From contig OZ116701.1 in assembly GCA_964199315.1 (NCBI GenBank), positions 4,526,001 to 4,590,000 on the forward strand: a stretch of 64,000 nt of DNA, written 5' to 3'. The notes under the pieces were generated by a model. That model was not told the DNA's origin. It did not search any database and saw nothing but the letters and a program-made list of their open reading frames with translations. The DNA comes from Orbicella franksi. Its lineage: Eukaryota. This document shows positions 24,400-37,199 of the stretch, one piece after another (position 1 is the stretch's first letter; every line of letters starts with the position of its first letter). A program made the translations under genes and the position numbers.

Positions 24400-25694
24400 C
24401 ATGCATCGCATCTAGAGCAAATAAAATACTACTAGTATTTCTACGAGTTTCAATCTCGCACACTGTCACTTTAAATTTGGTGTCGTAGCTCAAAATTCCT
24501 TGACTGCAACAAACGTCCAGCTTTTGAATGGTAAGCTCGACTTTTCCCTGAATGTTACTCTAGAGATTAAATTCCTCTTTATCTTAGTTCAGTTCTCTCA
24601 TACTCCTAGTCACTTTATTATGCAGACGCTGGTGTTGATTACCAGTTTTTGTGTACAGCCAGGCTGATGAAGTCTGTACCTTAAAATATTTCGGTACTTG
24701 AATCCTGAGGAACAAACCTTGAACTCCCATGCTTTGATCAGGCGCTTATTTGTTGCAATATAAATGCATTTGCTGTCAAGCAGACATGTTACCCAGCAGA
24801 ATTGCTGGAAGATGTGCATCGCGAATAAGTGTGCATTGTGTACGGCAGTCAAGAAAAGCAATTTATATTTCTAGCTGGCGACTAAAACAGTTAATGCAGT
24901 CCAGTACTATGCACTGACGGAGAAATTAAATGCTCACCATAAAGGAGCTCTCCCAGTTATAAGTTTAAAATACTGAAACATTACAGAATTGAAGAGACAA
25001 CAACAAGCTTAATCAACACTAAAAATTACCTTCCTCATTAATCTACAAGAGAGTGAAAATCATGCTCAAAGAAGGGTACTTACTTTGCCACCAGAGATGT
25101 GGTACATGCTTGCTCGCGTGAATGTCAAGAGTTATTCAAAATGATTTGCCGACAGTTTATCCAAGATAATGAAAACAGAGTAATTACACTATTACTTCAA
25201 CTGCAGGACAATCGGTCTTAAATAAGTTTAGGTGACTGGTGGTGCATCTTAACCTCTCAGTTTCGCTGTCGTAAAATTTTTGTTCACCATCCAGCTCTTT
25301 GCAATATAAGCCCGCCATTATATAGGCAATTCTAGAAACTGTGCGCGCCCTCACCCAAATCAATCACTGACGTTATGTGACACTAGCACGAAAAGTCGAC
25401 CTTTTGATCTTAAAACAACTGAAAATGAGTTTAAAGATACTAATTGGATAAAGCAGACAGATTAGGCGATAAGTTGAAGACGCAGACCGGAATTCCAAGA
25501 ACAATAACTGTTATTGACCTGTTGCTATCGTATTGTAAATTGTCTCTTCTAAGTTCGTCTGCCACGCCGGCGATAATTCGCCCATAGTTTATCACTCGTG
25601 TTTTGCCGCGAGACAGGACACCAAACTCAGCTATAGAGTAATTTAGCAAGTAAATTAATTTACTTACTATGGGAAAATCGTCCGAATCAGCCAT
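24400..25694 (-). pseudogene. Possible decayed multi-exon coding remnant of unknown family
   Basis: An ATG micro-exon MADSDDFPI|GTAAGT (25694-25668) is followed by protein-like frames interrupted by stops (MAGLYCKELDGEQKFYDSETERLRC...; ...GKVELTIQKLDVCCSQGILSYDTKFKVTV...). No family recognised. Confidence 0.25.
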
Positions 25695-27788
25695 GAGGTA
25701 CGGTAAACAGACAATAAGCGTCGGAATATCTTACGATGCTGTGCGGATTCAGCCTCGCTGAAGTCGAACGGCAAGCTTTGCTGAGATGATTTTTAAATGT
25801 ATCACTAGCCGCGGAAACGCTTCCTCGCCGACAAACATCTTCCGCTAAATTAACGGCGTAACTGAATATTGGCTACATTTATAACATATAACTGCAAACT
25901 TATACTATAATAGCAACGATGGAAAGTTACGTCAGTTCCCACAGTGGAATGTTCTTGAATGTGTCGCTCCAGTCAACACGCGGGCTCCAAATATTTGCGG
26001 ACGGGCAAATCACTCCACGTAATCCTTATTAAAAACGTCCAAATAAACCAGAATTTACTCTATTGTGATCTGGGCAGTTTAAAGTGAAAAAACAAAATAT
26101 TACCTTAAACATATAGTCGTGAAGCTATAAATTACTGAGCATAATCCTCATTTAAGATACAAAGCGTAAATAAACGAGAATTTGCTGTATTGTATTCGCA
26201 AATGATTTAAGGTGTTTAACATGAAAGAGCCTGAAAATAGCACTTTAAAAACGTGGTTGTAAAGGCATAATCCGTATAAAAATTTACTTCTAAATAAACG
26301 AGAATTTACTCCATTGTATCGGTAAACAGTTTAAAACAAATTCAGTCGCGTTGTTATAAATAAATTCATCGTCATGAATGATTAAAACACGAACGTTAAA
26401 TGATTCTTACTGAGATAGAGTTAACAGCAACGGAAATTTGTTGATGATGTAGGGCGTTTAAAATGAAAAGCTATATGTATTGCATTAAAACACCAGTTCT
26501 TTCTACCTTCGGCTTTAACTGCGCATCACACACTCATTATTTATTTTTTATTTTGTTTCACTATAATTACGTAATCATGTATTGCTTTCTTTCAGCTAAA
26601 CCCTTCAACAAGATACAAATTAGCGTAAGTAATATCTATAGTAAAACATGAAAACTTAATACACGAAATATAATTCAATTTTTTTTCGCTAAAAGGCGTG
26701 GTACGATGACAAACAGGTTAAATGAAAGGAAACAGCGGTCTGATATTTGCTTTTGTCATCCGTCCCTCTATAAAACGAATCTGAAAGAGTTATCTTCCTT
26801 TACCCCCAAAATTAAAAGAAATATAAGTTTTTTAAATAATGTCTAAGCCTTGAATATCGGATCTTCCAGTCGTCTTTACATTTTATTGAAGATTGGACTG
26901 AAAACTGGGGAAACGGAAATTTGAGATTCTCGAGTCGATTTACTTACTAAGGAATGCAACTTTCCCGGGTCAACATTATTGTACGGCTTAGTGAATGTAG
27001 CCATACGGAACGACTCAGTTCAGTAACACCCTGTCTGATGATGTGTGGACATAAGCATGTATGGAACATTGAAGACCTGCAACAATTAATCACAGACCCA
27101 CCTTAGGACAGCTGTCACTCGTTGAAGTTTTAAATTTGCAATGCGCGACAAACAGAACTATGTCCGCATATCCATGAAATGGACAAAAACCGCCCACGAG
27201 CAAGCTTGTCAAATCTGGCCCACTCGCCGGAAATTCATTGTTACCAAGCTTGACTCATATTTTCTGCATAAAATATTATCACGCTAGGTTTGTTTCTCTT
27301 CTCTTAGCGAATTTGTCAGCTATAAGCTATGCTCACATCTCTTGCACTCGATTGTTCGAACAGTAGTGTGGTTTACAACACTTTGTCGTGTTTTAAGAAA
27401 ACTTTAGGAATCAGTGAAACAACCTGTAACGAAGAAAAAAATCATTAAACACCCAATATGACCAATTTATTTCTCTTTGCATGTTTGAAGCTCAAGTGCT
27501 TCAAGTCCAAGAATACTGATGTGAACTAATATGGCACCAACACAGCTCAGAACAGATTAAAAAAAAAGAGTTCAAATTGTGAAAGCAGGAAAAGAAAAAT
27601 AAACTGATAAGTTTTTTCAGGACCTTATCATTAAGTCATTACATGAATGGCGTGAGTACAGGTTTCTTTTATCTCTCCAACACTCTTTTACTCAATGAAC
27701 TTAGTAACTGTAAACTCATCTTTCGTGTTTTCTTGGTCTAAGCAGTATTTCAATAGACTTCTTACAAACGAGGGAGAGAATGTGACTG

Positions 27789-28875
27789 TAATCAGTCAGT
27801 GTTTTGAAGGTTGAGTCCTAAGTCTATTACTTCAGTGTATATGAGCCTCATCGCATTAAGATCTAACGTCACTCTCCGCCTACGTAAAACTTTCCAAATA
27901 AGATAGAACGAATTCAACAGCTAAATAAGTTTACCAAAAACCCAAAAGAAAAATGTAAATGCACATTCCTGTGTAGAGACGCTTTCGATAGGTTTTATGA
28001 GATTGAGAATCACATGGTTTATGGGCTAACATGCAGTAATCCAGTTGCTGTGAATGGCAATATTGGACAATCACCTCTCGAAAGAAGGAAGGTGACATCA
28101 GATTTAACTGTTAATGAATATCACTGAAGAAAACAAAATGCTGTAACAAGGTTATATGGGAAATTTAACTCTCTTAATTGGGTTCCTGGCAAACTATTGC
28201 TTGAACTTTCTGTACTTCAGAGTTAGCTGTATAATTGTTTGTGGGCGTCGCGCTGAAACACCGCTCAGAACCTTCGGTGTAAATCATTACCGCGTTTCTT
28301 TTAACTAGCAGGGATCGCAGTCAAACAGCAAGTTATAATCAGTCAGTGTTTTGAAGGTTTAGTCCTAAATCTATTATTACTTCAGTACAAGCCTCATCAC
28401 ATTAAAATCTAAGGTCACTCTCCGGCTACGTAAAACTTCCCTGATAAGATAGAATAAATTCAACAGCTAAATAAGTTTAACAAAAACCCAAAAGAAAAAT
28501 ATAGATGCACATTCCTGTGTAGAGAGGCTTTCGATAGGTTTTATGAGAATGAGAAACGCAGGGTCTATGAGATCTTGTGCATGGGAATATTAGACAATCA
28601 TCTCGGAAAGAAAGAAGATGAAAACAGATTTAACTTTTAATGAATATCTCTGAAGAAAAACAAAATGCTGTAACAAGGCTATATGGGAAGTAAAACTCAG
28701 TTAATTGCGTTCCTGGCTAACCAGAGCTGGAACTTTCTGTACTTCAGAGTTAGCTGTATAATTGTTTGTTCATGTTTGTGGGCGACGCACTGAAACACCG
28801 CTCAGAACTTTCGGTGTGAATTCTTACCGCATTCCTTTGAACTGGCAGGGATCGCAGTCAAACAGGAAGTTATAA
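27789..28875. repeat. Head-to-tail tandem duplication, unit about 547 bp, two copies
   Basis: TAATCAGTCAGTGTTTTGAAGG begins at 27789 and again at 28336. The copies are colinear to ...GGGATCGCAGTCAAACAG(C/G)AAGTTATAA with scattered substitutions and short indels. Confidence 0.92.
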
Positions 28876-30823
28876 AAACAGTTGCGTTATTTGCGGAGTA
28901 AACATGGTGGTTTATTAATCAGCTCAAACCAAAATCCAACCAACGAAACTGGCGCAGTTTTGAATCTACTCGTCTTAGCGTGTCTTAATCTAGTCTGCAT
29001 GTAACCGCTTCATCAGATATAATATCTTAGCCTGTTTACGATAGGTTCAGTCTATTTTCAAGGAAAATGTTTTAAAGAAAGATCGACACAGAACTGAAGT
29101 GACATTGATTGAACTAAGCTGTTTTCGACCTACTCACAACTGAATTTATGTTCTATTCAGCAAAGTAGCCCACAACAGTAAGTTGCGAGTCTTTAATAAG
29201 CCAAAGAAATGGCGCTTAATGTTCCTTCCAGGATGCTTCTCTGTAAAACTAGTGTTCTCAAAACTGACATGTCAGGCAAACAAATACGTTCAAATCTCAA
29301 TTGACATAAAATGCAGATTTTTTTTTTTCGGTTTGACCTCGAGTTGTTGCTCAAGATCAAACGCAAGTATAGCACCAAATTTATCACATCAAAGACAATG
29401 TTACATGTTAAAAGACTGACATGATAATATCGCTACATTTGTCTGTGGCTGATTCTTATTGATAAAAAAAAGCACATGGGAGCTCCATTGAAGTCTGTGG
29501 CCATTAATCGTCTGAAGTTATTTTTTTATAAGTTTGTTTTGTGTATGTTACTTTATCTTCACGCAATCTTTACGGATCATCTGTTTAAACCACATGAATT
29601 GCCTGGGGTTTCCGAAAAAAGGAAAACACATTAGTGTCGGAGATATTAGGCTTGAATATTTTTCATACTGAATCTCTGCCGACCTTACACCAAATAGAGT
29701 CTCTCGTTTTATATAAAAAAAAGACCAGGAAAGTGCAATCAGTTTTGAAATCTGTGATGTGGTCTTCAACCAAGTGAGTTACCAGAGGAGTCAGGATTAG
29801 CCAGGTCAGTTGAGGGTTGAGCTCTGGGAGTACAGTTTCGATCGTAACAAATGAAATATTCCCAACGTAAAATCAAATAATTCGAAGGTGCGATATTTTT
29901 CTAGCAATTCCAATCTCAGAAGTCATTTTGTCGGCAGAATTAAGACTATACTTCTCTTCGCCTGATAAATAAACTCAATTCTTTGGTTTATTATCCAGTA
30001 CAAATGAAGAGGTTTCCTGTATTTGTTTCTTTAATGTTTGACCTTAAATCCGCGGAACATATACTTTAAGTTATGTCATGTAACTCGCGAATTATGCCCA
30101 AAACGTCCCTTTAGGAATTTGACTTTTCGTGAGGTTGTTTCGAAGATGACATCTCGTTTTCGCCGGCTCTTTGTAAACCGGCGGAGGCGGTGAGACTGGA
30201 GAAGGTTCTTAAGTTTCTGGGCGTGAAAGAGGGGTAACTTAAAGCCAAAGTTCGAATATTCAATGAAATATTTCCTCCATAAAATATCTGCTATTCTAAA
30301 GCCTTTCGAAACCGAAAGTTGATGGCAGAACTTTGTTTGATTTCCGCCGATAACGCGTGCTCGACAAGAAAACATTTCTTTTCGACATGATGCACGGTTT
30401 TCAGTCGGTCGTTAGTTTTGGGTGGTTTTGCATAATAATTAAAACAAACTCTGTCTTGTTTTTTTTTAATTACAATGATAAATCTCAGACAAATGTGGTA
30501 TCAAACAGTTCAATCAGTCCTAGAATTGCCGTCATAATCAGGTCGATGACACTACAACATGCGGCACGAGGCGATCAAAGTGAGCAATAGCAAGCCGTCA
30601 TGCCTTGCCAATAAGTGTTGTCTACCTCAGCGCAAAACACAGACCACGAAACAAAACTACATCTCCAAGAAATAAGAATGAATACGCTCTAAAGTTTAAT
30701 TAGCCGCAATATTGAACTGTAGTAGTTCATTGGAGGACTATCAGTTCTTCTTCGGGAGCCTTCTGGCGCGAGCAGTGAGTAATCTTAATAGCTGAATAAA
30801 AAATAAGATCAGATTAACCTTAC

Positions 30824-30895
30824 CATTGCGGAACTGGTCGCTGTGTCAGCCGAGGCTTCATTAGCAGATTGTGATGTTCCCTCTTCAGCAGCCAT
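30824..30895 (-). CDS. Orphan candidate first coding exon (MAAEEGTSQSANEASADTATSSAM, phase 0)
   Basis: ATG in GACTATGG context, 24 open codons, strong donor ATG|GTAAGG, GC-richer promoter-like sequence upstream. The downstream partner exon is not established. Confidence 0.4.
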
Positions 30896-33109
30896 AGTCG
30901 GTTTGTAACTTGCTGACGTCTCCTTGGACACGCTGACTGCACGCCCGACCGCGCTGTCAGCTCCTAGCTACATTGAGGTCACTTACAGCTATTTTAAGCT
31001 CAAATCTAATTGTTTTCTGAACTCCTGTGGTAGTTTTTTCGTTGTTCTATTGTTTCACGTACAGCCTTACAAAAATAAAGTCGCTGCTATATTGGGAATA
31101 GAAAGGCGGTCCTAAATCATGCCCTTCTTTTTGTCAACCGTTTCACGACTAACATTTCTGTATTTGTCGTGGCGTGCGGGTGCGAGCTAAATACCGCAGT
31201 ACATGAACTGTTTATGGCACCTGACTGAGACATAAGACCTAACAGCCGGCCGGGCGTGAATAAAAAACGCTCTCCACCCACGGTATGACGCGAGCTCGAT
31301 GAATGAGTCATTCAACGGGCCAAGTATTAAAACAAGCCAGAAGTCTTTCCAGAAAATATTATTTAACACGCTCAGATATTTGCAATGATAAACAATTCAA
31401 ACTGATAAGTTGCTTGGCAGCTAAGTTCTGTTCCAGCAGTTACTTCATTCTTTACTTGTTACAGAGTTACTTTTTTTCGATACAGGAAATCTACATGATA
31501 TTAGCGACATGTCGCAAGGCTGCCCGGCTCCCGGGCTAAGCCTCTGAACGTTGCACTACATAGAAGTCACGACAACTGAGTCTCTTTTTTACTGCTGAAA
31601 TATTTCATCAGATCTTAAATATATTTGAGGCAGCTAGAACAGTGCTTGATTTCAAGAGGCATCTTTCGAGCCGTCAGTGTGGGCGGCTTTTGTTATTATT
31701 TTTCATGGAGAAAAATTTACGTCTTTGGGTTAGCGTGACGGCTAGAAACATGTGGAATGTTCTGTCTCGCCGGCGCTCGCGTGATTTAGTCAAAATAACG
31801 TGATGGGGCGAAAGCACGCGATGCTAATATTAAAGCCACAATTTTACAATTTCATGACCCACGAAGTCTGCATTTGTTGTGTTCAAATCTTGCCATTTTT
31901 AGCTTTGTCTTCAACATTTATAAACTCTTAGCGTGCTTAGCTGATTGCCATAGAAACGAGAACCATTTAACGTTTAGGTAGGGTTTGTTTTTCGGAAGTT
32001 TGAAGTCTAGGAAACGTAATAATGATCTATACAAAGTATTGTTGACATGTTTTAGCCTCAAGCATGTCTGGCACACGAAAAGTAAATCACATATCGACAC
32101 CGCTGCTAATGATATAGAACCATTCAAAGCTTAACACTGATATTATTTTATATCATGATTTTGAATAATAGTGGATGGACCCTGGACATAACGCTCACAG
32201 GTGTTTATAGCATATGCAGCAATTGTTTAAGGTGAGGAAGGGTCTATTAAATAACCATGGTTATTCACTCCAGTACATTCTCTACTTCCGGTTTTTCTAG
32301 ATCGCGTGCGTTCAGTTAATGTCCTCTTTTCTTCAAAATTCTTCCAACTAATTAATCAAGTTAATATTGGCAGAGAGAGTCGTTTCAGATCAGTTGGGCG
32401 TCACATTTCAGTTCAGCCCAAGGGCACATTTTCTGACGTTAACATTCCTCTAGCTAAAAGTACTTAACTTTGACGTTATCATCGATTATGAGCCTTAAGA
32501 ATTTCTTTATCTGCAAAACGTGCATTTATTGCAATTACGTTATAGTAATTGTTTGATTTTAACTGTATTTTCATCGCCATGGAAAAATAACAAACATCGT
32601 TTACTATTTTCAAAAAACCTATGGATTGTGACGACCCAAGTCGAATACAACACCTTCGCTGAAACAGTGCCGTCAGACTGACATAAATTTTACGATCCAT
32701 TAATTTGTTTCTGGGCTAATGATGAACTCTAGAAGAGAGATTATGTAAATTCTATAATACAGTGAGATACATGTATATTTTTTAACTTGGCTCACACGAC
32801 GTACGTCAATGCAGTAGAGGTATACCAAAATTAAAATGCGTCTCACTCCGATTACGTCATTTCTATTCGCCTGAAATCGATAACACGTGTTTATTGAAAA
32901 AGAAAAAAAAAATGTTTTTTTTTTCCTCGTCAGTTTACTCTGCCAATCCGCCACAGGTACCATTTACGATCCTCGATAGAGATAAGCACTATCTCCATTG
33001 TCACCAACTGAACAAGAACGCTGTGGCGCGAACTCGAATCCCAAAAACCCGAATTAATGATCGACTTCATTAAAAAGAGGAAGCGATTTTAAACAACTCC
33101 GGAAACAAG

Positions 33110-34260
33110 GGGAACAGTTAGCTGAAATTAAACGGTTCAACCTTGCAAAAATACTTGCTAATCAAACTTATGCAATACTAACAGAGGAAGTCTTTATCCA
33201 TCTGGCAGACATTCTGTCTCAGTCATGCTGGTTGCACTTGCTCTAGCAACTGTGTAAGAAGTGTTACCTTACTTACTGCGTTTCACTGTTTCTTTTTTTC
33301 TGCTACGTTTTGAAGATCAACTACGTAGATAAGGAGGCTAGAAGGTTCGCGTTGTTCTTCCCTTTGTCATCGTTGATTTAGCTGACCGATCGTTTTGTAG
33401 GGGCACTTTTTTACGGATTGTTAACAGCCCAAGGTGAACTATATTCAGCAGCTGACAAACTGCTATCAAATTTAATGTCACAGTTTTACATAACTGTTGG
33501 GATTGTATAACTTTTTACCATGTTACTGGTCGGCCAGTACGCATAAATTAAATGAAGAGATTATATAGCCTCCATGATAGATTTTATGAGGTGAAAACAC
33601 GTGAGAGCAAAGGAAGGCTGGAGAATAAGTTTCTGTAACTACATAGTAAAGAAAAATTGTTTCAAAAGTTGCCAGCCATGCAGCTTGGTTATTATGTCTC
33701 CCCCAAAGGTATACCCACAATTCAGTGCGTCTTACTCCAGTAAGATATAGTGTAATTTCTGTTCATTTGTCCGATTATTAAAAGAGAAAGGATTACTGGG
33801 TAATTTATCAAGGTTATACCCTTGCAACTCGCTACGGGTCCCGTTTATAATCACCGGGGAGAAATATAAGGCGCGCGCTCTCTCTCTTTCTCCATTGCCA
33901 AGTGGACCTAAACATGTCTAGATGTGAACTCGCAACATCACCCAAGATCCAGTTATGGTTAAATCAAGATGGACTTCATCAAAAAGGAAAGCTATTTTAA
34001 TAACTTCGCAAACGGAAAACTGTTAAGCTCAAATTAAACTCAGCGTTGCAAAACTAATTCCTAAGCAAACTAATGCTGCATTACTAACAGTCTCAGTCAT
34101 GCTGGTTACACTTGCAGTAACAGCTGTGTTAACAAGAGTTACCTTACCTACCGTTTCTTTTTTCTGCGGCGTTTTGATAGTAAGTTACTTAGATGACAAA
34201 CTATGGCTCGCCTCGTTTCTTCCTTTGTACTCCATTGTCATCAGTTACACTGCTCGGCAG
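33110..34260. repeat. Dispersed direct duplication (about 33110-33420 and 34015-34260)
   Basis: Shared blocks such as GTCTCAGTCATGCTGGTT(G/A)CACTTGC and GTTACCTTAC(T/C)TAC occur about 900 bp apart in the same orientation. Confidence 0.7.
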
Positions 34261-35408
34261 ATTCCCTTCTCTTTGTGATTTCCTTTTCTCGCATGTGCCG
34301 TACTTCGTCATGCGAAAGGTTTGCACGCAAATAAATTTTTTGTTTTTTTCGACGAATATTATTTTAAGACTTCAAGCGTCAAGCTTCAAGACAACACTGT
34401 CCAGCGCGTGCTTCAGCAAACTTCAAGCTTGCTGCCTGAGATCAACACACTGTTTTGGAATAAGCTCAATAGCCCGCCTATCGACCCTCAAATAGTGCTT
34501 TGACAATGAAGAACTTGTTAACGTGAACTACTGTACAGCAATAGTTTCTGGAACTGTGCAAACAGCAAAAGATCAAAGATTTATCGCACAAAAGTTTTGA
34601 ATTTGATGCGTAAGTGACGAACCCATGTCAGTGCAGTGTTTCCAGTTGTAATTTTACAGCCAATCAGATGTTCGACTAGTTGTGGACGGGGGCTGATCAA
34701 ACGATCGAGCGGTTGCGAGGAGATTCCCATTCATCTCTCACCGAGCAGAAAGAAAAGGGAACCTCCTATTGCAGAGTAGTCATCACTGCGTTGTCCGACC
34801 GATCAGTATTTTGCGGGACAGCGCTTCGCTATCGTAATGTAAGCATCGCAGGGTGAACTTAAGTTAACAACAGGCAAACTGCGCATACTTTCAAACCAGA
34901 AGTCACACTATTAGATTCATTGCTACTGTATAACGTAAATAGCTGAAGAAGTAAAAATCCGAGTGCCGAGCTCGTAACGCTGAGTACAAATCCTGTTAAA
35001 TAATAATGAAGATGAACGGGCTTGAACTTTCCAGTTAAGTTTGCCTTTTAAGTGATCGGAAACTAACTGTTTAACAAAGTAAAGAAGTTAAATTACATAT
35101 TTCACCCATAAAACGGTTCCATAAGGTGCTACTGAAAATATCGCTCTAGCTGCGATTACATAACGTTCATTCACATGTTTAATACGTGTTCACATGTTTA
35201 ATACGTGTGAATGGAAGTGTTCATTGAAAGGAAGGAATTTGGGAAGGTCATTTTGAGTAAAGCTCACACCAGATTCTCTCCTCTCACTCTGTTTGTCGCA
35301 AGAAATCTAGCTAATGATGTCAAAATCACCCTTGCCTCTACGACGCCGACACCATTTTAATGGTTCGCACAAAAAAAAAAAAAAAAAACGGGGGAAGAGT
35401 TTAAAATG

Positions 35409-35518
35409 CTCGTGTAACACGTGAGTTCAGGAAGTAATAACACGTGAGGTCAATTTTTTTTTTTTTAAAAAAAAAAGCAAAACACGTGAGTTTAAGTACT
35501 GTGATTAAAGTCAAGGTC
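35409..35518. promoter_or_regulatory. Homotypic E-box cluster (3 x AACACGTGAG) with nuclear-receptor half sites
   Basis: CACGTG at 35418, 35441 and 35483, each within AACACGTGAG; AGGTCA overlaps the second copy; TCAAGGTCA follows near 35511. Function is inferred only. Confidence 0.4.
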
Positions 35519-37199
35519 AGTAGTCTTCACCTCCTAAAAATTAATTTGATAAATGAGAGCGTGCACGAGGTGCAAACTTAGTCCGTCTGTGGTGTGTCAT
35601 TGCATGACCCAAAGCCACGAAAATGATTTCCAGTCTTTGTAAATGGAAAATAAATCATACTGGCTCACTTCTGACCGAAAAGATCAAACCAAAGAAAAAG
35701 AAGGCAGTTTCGTGTAAAATGTGACACCTCAGTCAAGTAGGTGTCTGATCAGCGTCCAAATTATTTGCCCTCGTGCGCACACAGATCAATATTGACGATC
35801 CATTGGTCTGCGGCTCATCGGAACATTTATGCAAGGTAACAAAATCTTCAATTGTCCATAGACAAAATGTTGCTTAGAAACAAATGTAACCCCACACTCG
35901 TTTCGTTTCCTCGGTCCTGGGAGAATTCGAATCGGAAGTTCTTCTTTAGTGCACTTACTATACACGACTAATCAGTTTTAATTGGCAGTACTTGATTTAT
36001 CTGTTTCAAGATTGTTGAGTTATTTTTCAGTTCTCGAGTTGGTGGAACTTGATTGGTTCACAAGTGCAATTATAAACGTAGAAGGGTTCAGTTCAGTTCC
36101 TATCGCTTCCCACGGTCACGGCCGGATATATTCCGCCAGCTTATTCTTGAAACAATGATTCAAAATGATTTTGTCGTCAAAAGATCCCACGATTTACGAT
36201 TTGCGATTTGTGAACCGAGAAGTGTCGAGCTATAGATTGATATAGACACGGTTCAAACTGACATAGAAATAACGCTTCATTTCTGGTCTCTAGCTTCCAC
36301 GCTTAGTATCGGCAAGAGATTATCAAGGTACGGTAAACTCGACACGCCCTCTTGTGGCCAATTGTTTCGTTCAAAATCGGCAATTAATAGTGTGAAAGAA
36401 GGAAATCGCACCCAATGTTCGTAGCTTAGCAGTGTTTACAGCGGTAAAAGGAACAATTCGACTCTATAATGAAGGCTTCAGGTTACTAACACTCGCTAGG
36501 GTGGTGAAAGGATATATCAGCATTGAGTTATTCAATGGAAACGTTAGATATAGGGTGACGAAACTGTTCATATGACCTTGTTGAAAGCCTTGGGTTTCTT
36601 ACTTTGAGGATACGGGAAATAATTTCTGTGATGACACGCAAGTTAAATCTAACAGATCACCGTGATTGTCTTTGTTGTAGCCTTGTTACATCTGTTTACC
36701 TTCAACTTTAGAAATCCGGATGTTAAATACAGGTCCGCGTAGCGTACAAAACTTTGCGTTCCGTGCTTAGACTCTTCCAACGGGAAATATAGCTTCTGAC
36801 CTCACATAAAAAATCTTTTCCTTTCTGCATTACTTAACGCCTTCGCTTTCTGTTCTAACTTGAGAGGAGGTGATACGGGAATTTAAAACCTTGAAGGATT
36901 TTTAACAACGTGTGTTTGAAAAGATAGTATTCGAAGGTGTGGTCGATATCAACTAGGCATTGCAGAAGGCCGAACCGATTTCTTGGTAAAAAAAAAAAAA
37001 AAAAAAAAAACTTATGGTATGCTTTGCTGGTTGTGGTTAAATGTAGACAGGCAATACATGTACGGCTGGTTAGCTGCCCACGCGACGTCAGTTATTTAAT
37101 TTAAGTGTTGACGCAAAGCTTTTTCACCACAACTTAGTTTAAGTGCGATCACTGGATGTAATACACGAAAATATCCCCGCAGCTTCCAAGTCTTTTAAA

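Noticed and set aside
30792-30823. Apparent 32-nt GT-AG intron right after the orphan exon
   Set aside because: It is probably too short for spliceosomal removal, and the following frame stops after 16 codons.
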